Positions 35,127-46,346 of a stretch of DNA of 46,853 nt are shown here, piece by piece; position 1 is the first letter of the stretch, and every line of letters starts with the position of its first letter. Under the pieces are notes generated by a model. That model did no database searches. It worked only from the letters and a program-made list of their open reading frames with translations, and had not been told where the DNA came from. The stretch covers positions 20,857,753-20,904,605 of the forward strand of contig NC_057719.1 in assembly GCF_004010195.1 (NCBI RefSeq), written 5' to 3'. Source of the DNA: Chiloscyllium plagiosum. Taxonomy: Eukaryota. Position numbers and translations under genes: made by a program.

Positions 35127-35620
35127 AGAGCAAGATGGAGATGCTGAATAAGACACTTGCTAGACCACAGTCAGTTCTACATGGCACACATTGAATGTGA
35201 TGGAGAGAGTCCAGATGAGGTTTAAAAGAATGGTTCCAAGAATGAGAAACTTCAGTTATAATGATAGATTGGACCAATTGGGATTGTTCTCCTTTGAGAG
35301 ACGAAAGCTCAGAAAAGGCCTGATATAATTTTTCAAAATCACAAACAACTTGAGTATAGTAAATAAGTAGAAATTGTTCTTGTTCGTAAAATGATCAAGA
35401 ACAAGACAGATTGAAAGTGATTTGCAAAAGAAGCAACTGTGGCAGGTGTAAAGCTTTTCACAGAACAAGTAGTTCAGGTTTGGTATGCACTGCCTGGAAG
35501 TGTGGTGAAGGCAGGTTCAATTCAGGCATTCAAGACACTATTGAGTATAAAGAGAAACAAGGGCATGGAGAAATGGCAAGAGATTGTCACGATGATATGA
35601 TGCTCATTTGGAGAGCTAGG
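35127..35620 (+). mobile_element. Old CR1 3' part (continuation of the host of the Rex1/Babar insertion)
   Basis: Decayed ERVQ.RF.RMVP...LGLFSFERRKLR motifs. Confidence 0.75.
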
Positions 35621-35625
35621 ATTGA

Positions 35626-36778
35626 CATAGAGTCATAGAAATGTTCAGCACAGAAAAGATCCTTTGGTCCAACTCGTGACCATATGCTGACCAGATATCC
35701 TAACCCAATCTAGTCCCATTTGCTGGCACTTGGCCAATATCCCTCTAAACCCTTCCTATTCATATACCCATCTAGATGCCTTTTAAATGTTGCAATTGTA
35801 CCAGCCACCACCACTTCCTCTGGCAGATCAGTCCATACACACACCACCCTCTGTGTGTAAAAGTTGCCTCTTCACCCTAAACTTAGGCCCTCTAGTTCTG
35901 GACTTCCCCATCCCAGGGAAAAGACTTTGTCTATTTATCCTATGCATGCCTCTCATGATTTTATAAACCTCTATACGGTCACCCTATAGCCTCCGACGCT
36001 CCAGGGAAAACAGCCCCAGCCTGTTCAGCCTCTCTCTTCAACCCTGGCAACATCCTTGTAAATCTTTTCTGAACTCTTTCGAGTTTCACCACATCCTTCC
36101 GATAGGAAGGAGACCTGAATTGCATGCAATATTCCAAAAGTGGCCTAACCAATGTGCTGTACAGTCACAACATGACCTCCCAACTCCTATACTCAACGCT
36201 CTGACCAATAAAGAAAAGCATACCAAACATCTTCTTCACTATCCTACCTACTTGTGACTCTACTTTCAAGGAGCTATGAACCTGCATTCTGAGGTCTCTT
36301 TGCTCTGCAACACTCCCCAGGAACTTATCATTAAGTGTGTAGGTCCTGCTCTGATTTGCTTTCCCAAAATGCAGCACCTCACATTTATCTAAACTAAACT
36401 CCATCTGCTACTCCTCATCCCATTGGCCCATCTGGTCAAGATCCTGTTGTAGTCTGACATAACCTTTTTCGCTGTCCACTACACCTCCAATTTTGATGTC
36501 ATCTGCAAATTTACTAACTATACTTCCCATGTTCACATCCAAATCATTTATATAAATTATGAAAAGCAGTGAGCTCAGTACTGACCCTTGTGGCACTCCA
36601 CTGGTCACAGGCCTCCAGTCTGAGAAGCAACCCTCCACCACCACCCTCTGTCTTCTACCTTCAAGCCAGTTCTATATCTAAATGGCTAGTTCTCCCTGCA
36701 TTTTATGAGATCTAACCTTGCTAACCAGTTTCCCATGAGGAACCTTGTCGAAAGTCTTACTGAAGTCCACATAGATGT
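35626..36778 (-). mobile_element. CR1 RT to 3' end fragment
   Basis: VTSGVPQGSVL...IYINDLD...SKFADD; MEFSLDKCEVLHFG. Confidence 0.92.
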
Positions 36779-38174
36779 GGAACCATCGTATCTATTGCAG
36801 AATACTAAATATTTTCAACTATGTTTTCTTGAAATGCAAATACACCTACCTAGATTATACATTTTAGCAATTTATACTAGCCAGACATAATGAGCCAAAT
36901 GGCCTCCTTTTGTGATGTAACACCTCGGTGTTTCTGTTGAATGTTCCCATATAATCTTTTGACACCCAGTTGACAGACTATTTTGACAAGTGAATTAAAT
37001 CTGGGGAAAATATCTTGCAAGCATTGAATGAAGCAAATGGTGATGCGTGTGTGCAATATGCGTATCTGCCATGCTGATACACATTATCCAGCATCTGTTT
37101 TCTCTCTGCTATATGTTATCTGGCTGGTATAAATTGCTAAAATTTATAATCCAGGTAAGTGTATTCACTTTTCAAGAAAGCACAGTTGAGAATATTTAGT
37201 ATTCTGGAATCAATGCGATGGTTCTCCATGAAAAATTGCTTTAGGTTTTCAATTTGTTCTCAGTGCAAACATTTACTTTGCAAGTATTTGCCTAAGTGGA
37301 ATCATCTGTAATATTGAAGGTGGTATAGTCATCTGGTTAGAATTCACTTAACTCTGGCCATTCTACTCCAGTCCCTGTACCTTCCTGTATTTCTGCAGAA
37401 CTCATAATCCAGCCACTCAACAAAAAGAGCTGCAAATGCGATTACTTAAAGGAGAACTGGCCCCTCATAAATTTTAACTTCATTCACAAACAAAGTCAGT
37501 CATGCAGCACTGTAAATCATATGTGTTGAAGATAAAAAAAAGGTATGTAAAATAGGACTCTCTCACTGAGTAGTTGGAGCCAGACTGGTTTATTTCCACC
37601 TTAGAACCATAAGCTAACATAACAGAAAAAAAAATCCCTGTAGATTATTTACCTCACAAACCACTCGCTGACTGTACCCAACTATCTGGTATCAACTACT
37701 AAGATGTCAATAAGATCTTTCAAGGAGGAATGCTAATGTATTGCGAACAATTTGATTACTATGGCTATGAACACAGAACAAGAAGACATGTTGTTTTAAA
37801 TTGACAAGCACGGGAGGAAAAATTCCAACAATTCCACATCCTGTTCAGGCAAACACACAAACTAAGTTAATGAATAGGTTAAACATATTATGAATAAAAT
37901 TTGTTAGTTAATTTTGTTTCAATTAAATTATTAAGAAAACAGGGTCACTTCCCTCTCTCTACAGCTCAACAGCACATACAGCTTGTACGCCTACTTTGCG
38001 AAAAAAAAGCTTTCAAGGTGTTGGCATAAGTAGCAAACAGGGGAAATATAATCTTTTTGGTCCGTGTTTGATTGAAAATTGGGTGAGGGATTATTGAGGT
38101 ACAGGCATAGACTGAGATAATCAAGTATACTACAGATTGTGAGAGCTCCTGTGCTTTGCATAAACATGCAACTG

Positions 38175-38645
38175 AGTCATAGAGCACAGAAACAGATCCT
38201 TCGGTCTGAACAGTCCATGCTGATCATGTTCCCAAACTAAACTAGTCCCACCTGCCTGCTCCTGGCCTATATACCTCCAAACAGTCTTATTCATGTACTT
38301 ATCCAAATGTCTTTTAAATATTTTAAAAATCGTACCTGCATCCACCACTTCCTCTGGAAGCTCATTCCACATATGATCCACTCTCTGTGAAAAACAGTTG
38401 CCCCTCATATCGTTTTTGAATCTTTTTCCTCTTACCTTAAAGATATGACCCTTAGTTTTGAACTCCCTCACCTTATGGAAAAGACCCTTGCTATTCACCT
38501 TAGCTATACTCTGCAAGATTTTATAAACTTCGATAAGGTCACCCCTCAACCTCTTACGCTCCAGTGAAAAAAATGTCAGCCTATCCAGTAATTGAAACCC
38601 TCCATTTCTGACAACATACTGGTAAATCTCTTCTGAACCCTTTCC
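38175..38645 (-). mobile_element. CR1 3' end
   Basis: FSLERKRLRGDLIEVYKI...WNELPEEVVDAG. Confidence 0.9.
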
Positions 38646-39296
38646 CTGATGATGTGAAGAGCTGCCAGTATTCAATGCCGGATCAATGCAGATGTATAGA
38701 TAGCTGAGAGTCTCAATTGATTACTTTTAAGGATCAGATGAAGAAAATCTTGTGGATTTTTCTCTAAGAGTGTGGCAGAGCCAGGGTAAGTTTCTGACCT
38801 TTTCTCCTCGAATTAATGTCTTGAAGGTCTCATTCTTTTGTTTTCTTATGTCCTTGAGCTGGCAGACTGATATCTTTCTGATTTCCCCTCTCTTCTTTTT
38901 ACTGAACCACTGATATTCCAGCTAGAATTAGAAATATTGAAAACCTAAAAGTGATTTGTCTTTACTTCCCCTGAGTTATGATTCCTTTTAAGTTGCTGTA
39001 GCAATGAAAAAGCCAAAAAACCACCTTTTTATCGAAATATCATTACAACTACTATAAATAGAATTTTGGTTACCTGGGATTGGGTTAATGGTTTGGATTA
39101 TAACCAATGGGTTAATTAATGGCTTGCATGTTGAAATAGATGTCATTTGTTTAACTTATCAAGTTTTTAAAATCCACAGAATAGCACAATAGTTTTATTG
39201 AGAAGTTCTACAAGCTTAACTAAATATGTTAAACAGAACTTGGAAATGTGAACACAATAGCACATGAGCCAAGTGTTTGCACATGAACCAAGAGAC

Positions 39297-39461
39297 CTGT
39301 CTTGCGGTAGGACTTCATCCTTTTGGTCTTAGTTACATGTTCAGGGTCATTCTTCTCATGCTCTGCAAGGAAACATCTCTCAGCAGTGTCTCCCCGTACA
39401 GTTTGTGCACAGGGGTGGTGGTTAGAGCAGCAAACACCAGTACCGGGGTGGTGTGGCTGCA
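39297..39461 (-). CDS. Candidate internal host-gene exon (165 nt, phase 1-1), product unidentified
   Basis: Non-repetitive, GC-richer island. Acceptor TTTTAACAG|TG, weak donor ACAG|GTCTCT, open frame QPHHPGTGVCC...KTKRMKSYRKT. Confidence 0.35.
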
Positions 39462-39854
39462 CTGTTAAAACTGCAGAGTCAATGGAAAACTCATACATTT
39501 GGCTTCACCTGAAGGTTTTTTTTTAATTGAAAGCCAGAATAGGGTACTTAATTGGATGATTAGCAATGATAATATTGAATGACACAGCAAAGTCGAAGGG
39601 CCGAATGGCATACTCCTGCTCCTATTTTCTCACTTTGTTTTTGAAAGCTTGTATTTCATTGTTGGCTCCTCAACAGGGCAGGTCAGAGTTCTTGTCAAAC
39701 TGATTTTGCAAAAGGGTCTATCATAACTAATAGGAAATTTATTGACACAGATGGAGTTTATTTAGATAAATGTGAGGTGTTGCATTTTTGGAAAGGCAAA
39801 CCAAGGCAGGACTTATACAGTTAATGGTAGAGCCCTGGCAAGTGTGAGTGAACA

Positions 39855-40055
39855 CTCCAAAAATGTGCAAGTTAGGCGGATTGACCATGCTACATTTCCC
39901 TGTAGGGCTCAGGGATGTGCAGGTTAGGTACATTAGCAATGAGAAATTTGAGGTGAGAGAATTGGCCTGGATGGGATGCTCCTCAGAGGGTCAGTGTGGA
40001 CTTGTTGGGCTGACTGGCCTGCTTCTACACTGTAGGGATTCTGTGGATTCTATGG
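39855..40055 (+). mobile_element. HE1-like SINE, 3' half
   Basis: Reverse complement of the 20088-20290 and 45270-45420 sequence. Confidence 0.78.
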
Positions 40056-40138
40056 AACAAAGAGGCCTAGTAGTGTACGTGTTAAGTCCTTGAAAGTGGA
40101 GTCACAGGTAGATGGTGATGAAGACGGTTTTTGTCATG

Positions 40139-40735
40139 GCAGCATCTATGAAGAGAAATCAGAGTTAATGTTTCAGGTCTGGTGACCCTTCCTCAGAACT
40201 GATAGTAGCTAGGAAAAAGCCCAGATATTATACAGAAGATAGGGTGAGTGGAGGGGGTAAGGAGTAAAGGATATGTGGGGATGGAGCCCAAAGAGAGAAA
40301 GTATTAGGTGGATTGACAAAAGGGTGGATAGAGACCTGGCAAAGAAAGTGAATTACTGTTAATGGAGAACGTTAGTGGCTAACAATGGGTTGTGTTTAAT
40401 AGCATACTGTGATAACAAGGCCTGGTATGTGGGGGTGGGGGCTCGGACATGGGAGAGCTAAAGTTATTGAACTCAATAATGAATCCAGAGAGCTGCAGAG
40501 TTCCCTAGCAGAAAATGAGATGTTGTTCTTCCACTTTATGCTGAGCTTCACTGGAGATAGAGATGTTGGCCGGGGAACAGGGTGGTGTGTTGAAGTGGCA
40601 TCAGTTCTGAGGAAGGGTCACTGGACCTGAAACGTTGACTCTGATTTCGCTTCACAGATTTTGCCAGACCTGCTGAGTTTTTCCAGCAATTTCTGTTTTT
40701 GTTTCTGGTTTACAGCATCCGCAATTCTTTTGTTT
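40139..40735. mobile_element. PLE 3' end (minus, GIY-YIG C-terminus + UTR) with an inverted terminal copy (plus)
   Basis: Minus strand EAQHKVEEQHLIF..GTLQLSG..IEFNNF; inverted arms 40139-40202 and 40601-40667. Confidence 0.85.
40603..40640 (+). ncRNA. Minimal type-I hammerhead ribozyme (intact core)
   Basis: AGTT-CTGAGGA-A-GGGTC ACTG GACCT-GAAA-CG-TT-GACT; minus-strand partner at 40163-40200. Confidence 0.78.
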
Positions 40736-42061
40736 TTTTAACAAGGCTTCTGTTATGTTGGGGCTGTACAGAACATTGGCCACTTTTAGAATACTGTATA
40801 CAGTTCTGGTCACCTTGCTGTTAAACTTGAGAGGGGGCAGAACAGGGTGTTGCCAGTACAGGAAGGTTTGAGTCGTAGGGAAAGGCTGAATAGACTGGCA
40901 CTTTTATCCTTGGAGCGTTGGTGGCTGAGGTATGACCTACAGAGGTTTATAAAATCATGAGAGGGGTGGATAAGGTGAATAGCCAAAGTCTTCCCCTGAG
41001 GGTGGGCTGTCCACAACCAAAGGGCATAGGTTTAAGGTGAAAGGAGAAAGACTTAAAATGGACCTAAGGGGCAATGTTTTCACACAGAAGGTGGTGCATG
41101 TATGGAACAAGCTGCGAAAGGAAGTTGTGGAGGCTGGTACAATTACAGCATTCAAAAGGCATTAGGCTGAATAGAAAGGGTTTAGAGGGATATGGGCCAA
41201 ATACTGGCAAATAGGACCAGGTCAGATTGGGATGTCTGGTTGATGTGGACGAGTTGGACTGAAGGGTCCGTTTCCATGCTGTATGCTTCTATGGTTCTAA
41301 GATGCTTAAAGGTGTTTACTCAGAAATTGTGAGCCCGACAAATTTAATAATTAGCCTAATGCCTTATTGGTTAATCTCATTGGTTAGCAAATATGCTTAG
41401 GCCCCTTTTTTTATATACAAAAGGTAAGAGTAACACATTTTAATTTTTATCCTGAACACCACGGCAATGCTTTTGACAATCAGAATGACTCACCAACAAA
41501 TCAGTACCCTTTTCTTCCGCAGTGTGATTTATTGTGAACGTTTGAAATTTGCAATTCCTGATATTGTCTTGATGAATGTAAAATGAAACGTTTCAGCAAC
41601 GAGTCACTCTTTTAATATATAACATTAAAACTGAAATTATGAATCACATTAATAAATTTATATTTATATAATATAATGGGAATTGGCTTTATACAAGTTC
41701 CATACAAAAAATAAATCATTCTCACAAACCGTCAAACACCAAAGGTTCCTTTTTGACACATTCCAACAAAATTTCTTGATGTACTGAAATTAATTTGAAC
41801 GTTGAGCAACTTAGGAGAGTACTAAAGCAGCTTTTCCCAAGGCAGTTATTAATCTGCAGAATGCCTTGGACGAATTCTATCCTTCCATTAAATTCACGAT
41901 GGAGGAATTGAAACAGAACAGATAAGTTGTATTTTAGCATACATTTACACCAGAAATGTATTTGATTGACTGTTGGCTTCACTCCAAAGTTGAAATTGTG
42001 TTGTGTAAATCAAATGGCTGCATTTGCTGACACCAGCACATGCTCACTATGCACACACAAT

Positions 42062-42575
42062 GCATACATTTGTGTGTAGGCATTTAAATGGGTTCAGGTT
42101 TAAATGAGGTGTGGTTGTGAATGCTGGAATGGGTGTATAAAGGGGGGATGGGCGTGTGTGTGTGTGTCGGGGGTGGGCTGCTGTGAGGCATGGATGTGGA
42201 TGTGGGTATATGTTGGTTTGTGTGTGGATAGTCAGTGCGAGTGAGAAGGTGGGTGTGTGAGGAGATGGGTGTGTGTGTGTACTTGTGTTTGGAGGNNNNN
42301 NNNNNNNNNNNNNNNNNNNNNNNNNNNNNNNNNNNNNNNNNNNNNNNNNNNNNNNNNNNNNNNNNNNNNNNNNNNNNNNNNNGTGTGTGTCTGTCTGTGT
42401 GTGTGGTGGCTGTGTATATGGAATTGTAAGCGTGTGTGTGGTGGGTGTTATGTGTGGAGTTGTGGTGGGTGTTGTGTGTGGAGTTGGGTGTGTGTATGGT
42501 GGATGTGGTTGTTGTGTGTGGAGTTGGGTGTGTGTGTGTGTGTGTGTGGTGGGTGTGATGGGCGTTGTGTATGTG
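42062..42575. repeat. Degenerate (GT)n-rich tract containing an assembly gap
   Basis: Direct inspection. Confidence 0.9.
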
Positions 42576-43581
42576 CACGCGCCAGGCGGAACATGAGGGG
42601 ATGTGAGGGACCAGATGGAAATGGAGGGTTGGGGTGACTGGATGAGAGAAGGGACAGGGGCAGAGATAGATTCGCCACTCTCTTTCCCCATATCCCTGAG
42701 TCCTCAACTCTACCCTCATACTCTATTCCCTCCCCCACTATTGAACCCCATTTCAATACTGTATCTCTTCCCTGCACATTCTCAGTGCAACCTCTGTGTA
42801 TGGCAACATGGAAATGTGACATGATGACATGGAAGGTTGGGAACTGTTTGTGGGATTTCCGAATTAGCAGACACTGCCAAATGAAATAGTGACGAGAACT
42901 TCAGTGCAAAGTAGAGGAGTCTCCCTGCACTCCATTCCAGGATTAGGTGAGGTTCCAATTCCAGATTCAGACTGCATTCCTACTCTGGGTCTAGTGTCAT
43001 TGTGGGGTGAAGTTACTTGCAGCACCACAATTTCTGGAATGTACATTTATCCTCAATCTCTCTTGTGCTCAGCTAAAATTACATTTTGTAACTTGACTCT
43101 TATCAAGTGAAATTATTTTAAAGAAAAACATTCCAGCCTATAAAATTATAAATTGTAACGCAATGAATTCTCTGTGTAAGTGGTTTAAGAATCAAAATTG
43201 TAACATTGATACATTAAGGAAAAATGTGCATGAGCTAACAGTCAAGCTCTTGGAAGAATGACATATATAATACTGATTGAGGCAACTAAAATATTATAAT
43301 TGAAAATGATGATAAATGACTCTATTACTGGCCTTGCTGCAGGAATGAGAGGAAATATGTGAATTGTATTAAAATGTAATTCCTCTGTTCATGATATTGC
43401 ATGACTGAGGAGGATAAGTTGGGAGAAACTGCAAGTGGGTGGATTGTCATACCTCGAGCAGAAGACATTCACTGACAGTGAATGGGGGAAGCCGAGGGTA
43501 GCCTGCTAGGTCTTCAGCAGAAATGTTAACAGCCATCTGTTTTTATACATGTAACTCATATATTAACGGTATTCATCCCTT

Positions 43582-43665
43582 AGGCAAAAGTGAGGACTGC
43601 AGATGCTGGAAACCAGAGTTTAGATCAGAGTGGTGCTGGAAAAGCGCAGCAGGTCAGACAACAAG
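43582..43665 (-). mobile_element. 84-bp PLE extreme 3' terminus insertion
   Basis: Matches the 20978-21055 type terminus. 14-bp TSD GGT(A/G)TTCATCCCTT at 43568-43581 and 43666-43679. Confidence 0.82.
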
Positions 43666-44084
43666 GGTGTTCATCCCTTGTTCTATTCTTTGTTGTTTTC
43701 CTGGCACATACCAAATTGTTTCATTTTGAACTGGTTATAGTTTTTGTTATTTATGTGCAATTTACTGATAAAGTGCAGGTATGTAACTGAGGAAAACTGG
43801 CTTGAATTTTTCTTCCATTTTCACGGCTCCTCTGACTGTTGCTGACATACTGAAAGTGTTATATGAAATCAAAAAGAAAAAAATTCTTGTTAGGAGTGAT
43901 TAAAGATAACTTCAGGGAAATGTAGCTGAGGTGTGGGTGTTTGTGTGCGGCAAGTGGGGTTCAAGGCAAGAGAATTTTTTAAAAATCATTCATGGAATGT
44001 GGGCTGGGCCAACATTTATTACCTATTCCCCGATACCCTTGATAAGGTGGTGGTGAAACTGCCCCTTTGAATCTCTGCACCCCA

Positions 44085-44488
44085 AGTGAGGCTGAGGAGT
44101 GACCTGAAAGAGGTTTATAAAATCATGAAGGGCATGGACATGATAAATAGACAAAGTCTTTTCCCTGGGGTGGGGGAGTCCAGAACTAGAGGGTATAGGT
44201 TTAGGATGAGAGGGGAAAGATATAAAAGGGACCGAAGGGGCAACCTTTACACACAGAGGATGGTACGTGTATGGAATGAGTTGCCAGAGAAAGTGGTGGA
44301 GGCTGGTACAATTACAACATTTAAAAGGCATCTGGATGGGTATATGAATAGGAAGCGTTCAGGGAAATATGGGCCAAGTGTTGGCAAATGAGACTAGATT
44401 AGGTTGGGATATCTGGTCGGCATGGATGGGTTGGATGGAAGAGTCTGTTTCTGGGCATCCATCTCGATGACTGTATGACTCTATGTTC
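44085..44488 (+). mobile_element. CR1 3' end
   Basis: RLRSDLKEVYKIMKG...WNELPEKVVEAG; GACTCTATG tail. Confidence 0.92.
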
Positions 44489-45261
44489 TGTAGGTAGATC
44501 TACAATGCCATTAGAGAAAGAATTCCAGAATTTTAACCCAGTGATACTGAAGGAACTGGGATATATTTCCAAGTCAGGATAGTGTTTGGCTTGGACGGGA
44601 GCTAGCAGTTGGCCGGGTTCCCATGTATCTGCTGCTTTTGCCCGTAGAGATGGTGGTGGCTATGGGTTTGTAAGGTGCCGTTTAAGAGGCTTTGGAGAAT
44701 TTCTCCAGTCCATTTTGCAGATGATACACACTGCTGTTATTGAGCATCAGGGGTAAAGCAGGTGAATATTTGAAGGTGTGGTGAAAATTAAGCTTTGACA
44801 AAACCCTACCCTGAGAAAAGCCTGTAGGGATGTTCTAAAGCTAAGATGACTGACAACCAATCACCATTTTACTTTGTGCCAAGTATAATGCAACCAGCTG
44901 AGAGTGTTTCTTGCTGGTTCCCATTAACTCCATTTTGTAAGGGCTCCTTGATGTAATACTGTCAAACATGGCCTTGATGTCAAGGGCAACCACTTTCACC
45001 TCATGCCTGGAATTCAGCTTTTTTGTCCATGTTTGAACTATAGCTGCAATAAAATGCCCTGGCAGAATTCAAACTAAGCATCAGTGATCAGGTTTGTTAG
45101 CACTGTTGAAGACACCTTCCATCATTTTACTATGATCAAGGGTGGACTCATGGGGCGATAATTGGCAGGGTTGGATTTGTCCTGGCTGTTGTGTACAGAA
45201 CGTGCTTAGGCAACTTTCCAGTTTGACGTAAAGATGCCAATGTTGGTTTTTTTTATTAAAT

Positions 45262-45574
45262 TAGTTTACTTACAGTGTGAAAACAGGCCCTTCGGCCCAA
45301 CAAGTCCACACTGACCCTCCGAAGAGCAACCCACCCAGACCCATTCACCTACATTTACCCCTACACCTAACTCTACGGGTAACTTAGCACGGCCAATTCA
45401 CCTAACTTGCACATTTTTGGACTGTGGGAGGAAACCGGAGCACCCGGAGGAAACCCACGCAGACACGGGGAGAATGTGCAAACTCCACACAGACAGTCAC
45501 CTGAGGTGGGAATTGAACCCGGGTCTCCGGCGCTGTGAGGCAGCAGTGCTAACCACTGTGCCACCGTGCCGCCC
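45262..45574 (-). mobile_element. Full-length, young HE1-like V-SINE
   Basis: A box TGGCACAGTGG, B box GGTTCAATTCC, V-domain TGTGTGGAGTTTGCACATTCTCCCCGTGTCTGCGTGGGTTTCCTCCGGGTGCTCCGG; CpGs retained. Confidence 0.9.
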
Positions 45575-45744
45575 ACATTGGAACAGCTTGGTTGGCCGTT
45601 CCAGAGCACACTTCAGAACTATTTTTTTGTTTCATTTTAGCAGCCCTGCAGCAGTATATGGGGATGTAGTCCTTGGAGCAGCATGAGGGGAAATGTTTCC
45701 TGGAACAGTGTGGGGAGAAATGAGTCCTGGAGATCCGCTAGAGG

Positions 45745-46125
45745 AAATAGACCTTTTGGTCCAACTCGTCCATGTTGACCAAGTTTCCCAAGCTATTATC
45801 TATGTTTGGCCTATATCCCTCCAAACCATTTCTGTTGTTGTACTTATCCAAATATCTTTTAAATGTTATAACTGAACCTGCATCCACCGCTTCCTCTGAC
45901 AGTTCACATCATCTGTGTAAAGAGGTTATCCCTTAAATCTCTTTTCAATCTTTCTCCTCTCACCTTAAGAAATGCCCCCAAGTTTTGAAATCCCCCACCC
46001 AAAAGAAAATACTTTTGCTATTCACCTTATTTACACACCTTATAAATTTAGAACCTCTGTAAGGTCACTCCTCAACCCTCTGCACTCCAGAAAAATAAGT
46101 CCCAGCCAATCCAGCCTATCTTTAA
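45745..46125 (-). mobile_element. CR1 3' end (decayed)
   Basis: Collinear with 9100-9510 and 38190-38590. Confidence 0.8.
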
Positions 46126-46284
46126 GAAGTGCTGCAATAATGTGACATTAATAGTGCTGGGAATATTTCAATAAGTGTGATGTTCCTTTTTCATATTAAT
46201 TGGATATTAATGTCTGTGATGTGCAGCTAACAGACATGTCTTCAATAAATATTTATGTGAGTTTCACTGAATGGTCGTTTGATA

Positions 46285-46346
46285 CACATGAGAAGCAGAA
46301 ATTGCTAGAAAAACTCACAGATCCGACAGCAACTGTAGGAAGAAAG
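46285..46346 (-). mobile_element. Decayed PLE terminal fragment
   Basis: CAGAAATTGCTAGAAAAACTCACAG resembles the reverse complement of 40670-40697. Confidence 0.55.

Larger units (their letters stand above)
39745..41300 (+). mobile_element. CR1 3' portion interrupted by a SINE and a PLE
   Basis: MEF.LDKCEVLHF at about 39751; LEYCIQFWSPC at about 40786; CR1 3' tail at about 41280. Confidence 0.85.
43978..45660 (-). mobile_element. Old L2/CR1-like LINE 3' region interrupted by a CR1 and a SINE
   Basis: Tail CATTCATGGAATGTGGGCTGGGCCAACATTTATT; RT remnant LPLTSRPCLT / ALDIKAMFD on the minus strand at about 44960-44990. Confidence 0.65.

Noticed and set aside
41565..41600. TTGATGA...GAAACGTT hammerhead-like motif in a possible old repeat (about 41420-41610)
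   Set aside because: Core position 3 is changed without the compensating change at position 8, and stem II is not convincing.
42047..42822. Long overlapping ORFs (up to 214 aa)
   Set aside because: Artefacts of GT/CA low complexity and the N gap.
45500..45574. tRNA gene
   Set aside because: The A and B boxes belong to the tRNA-derived head of a V-SINE and run directly into the V-domain.
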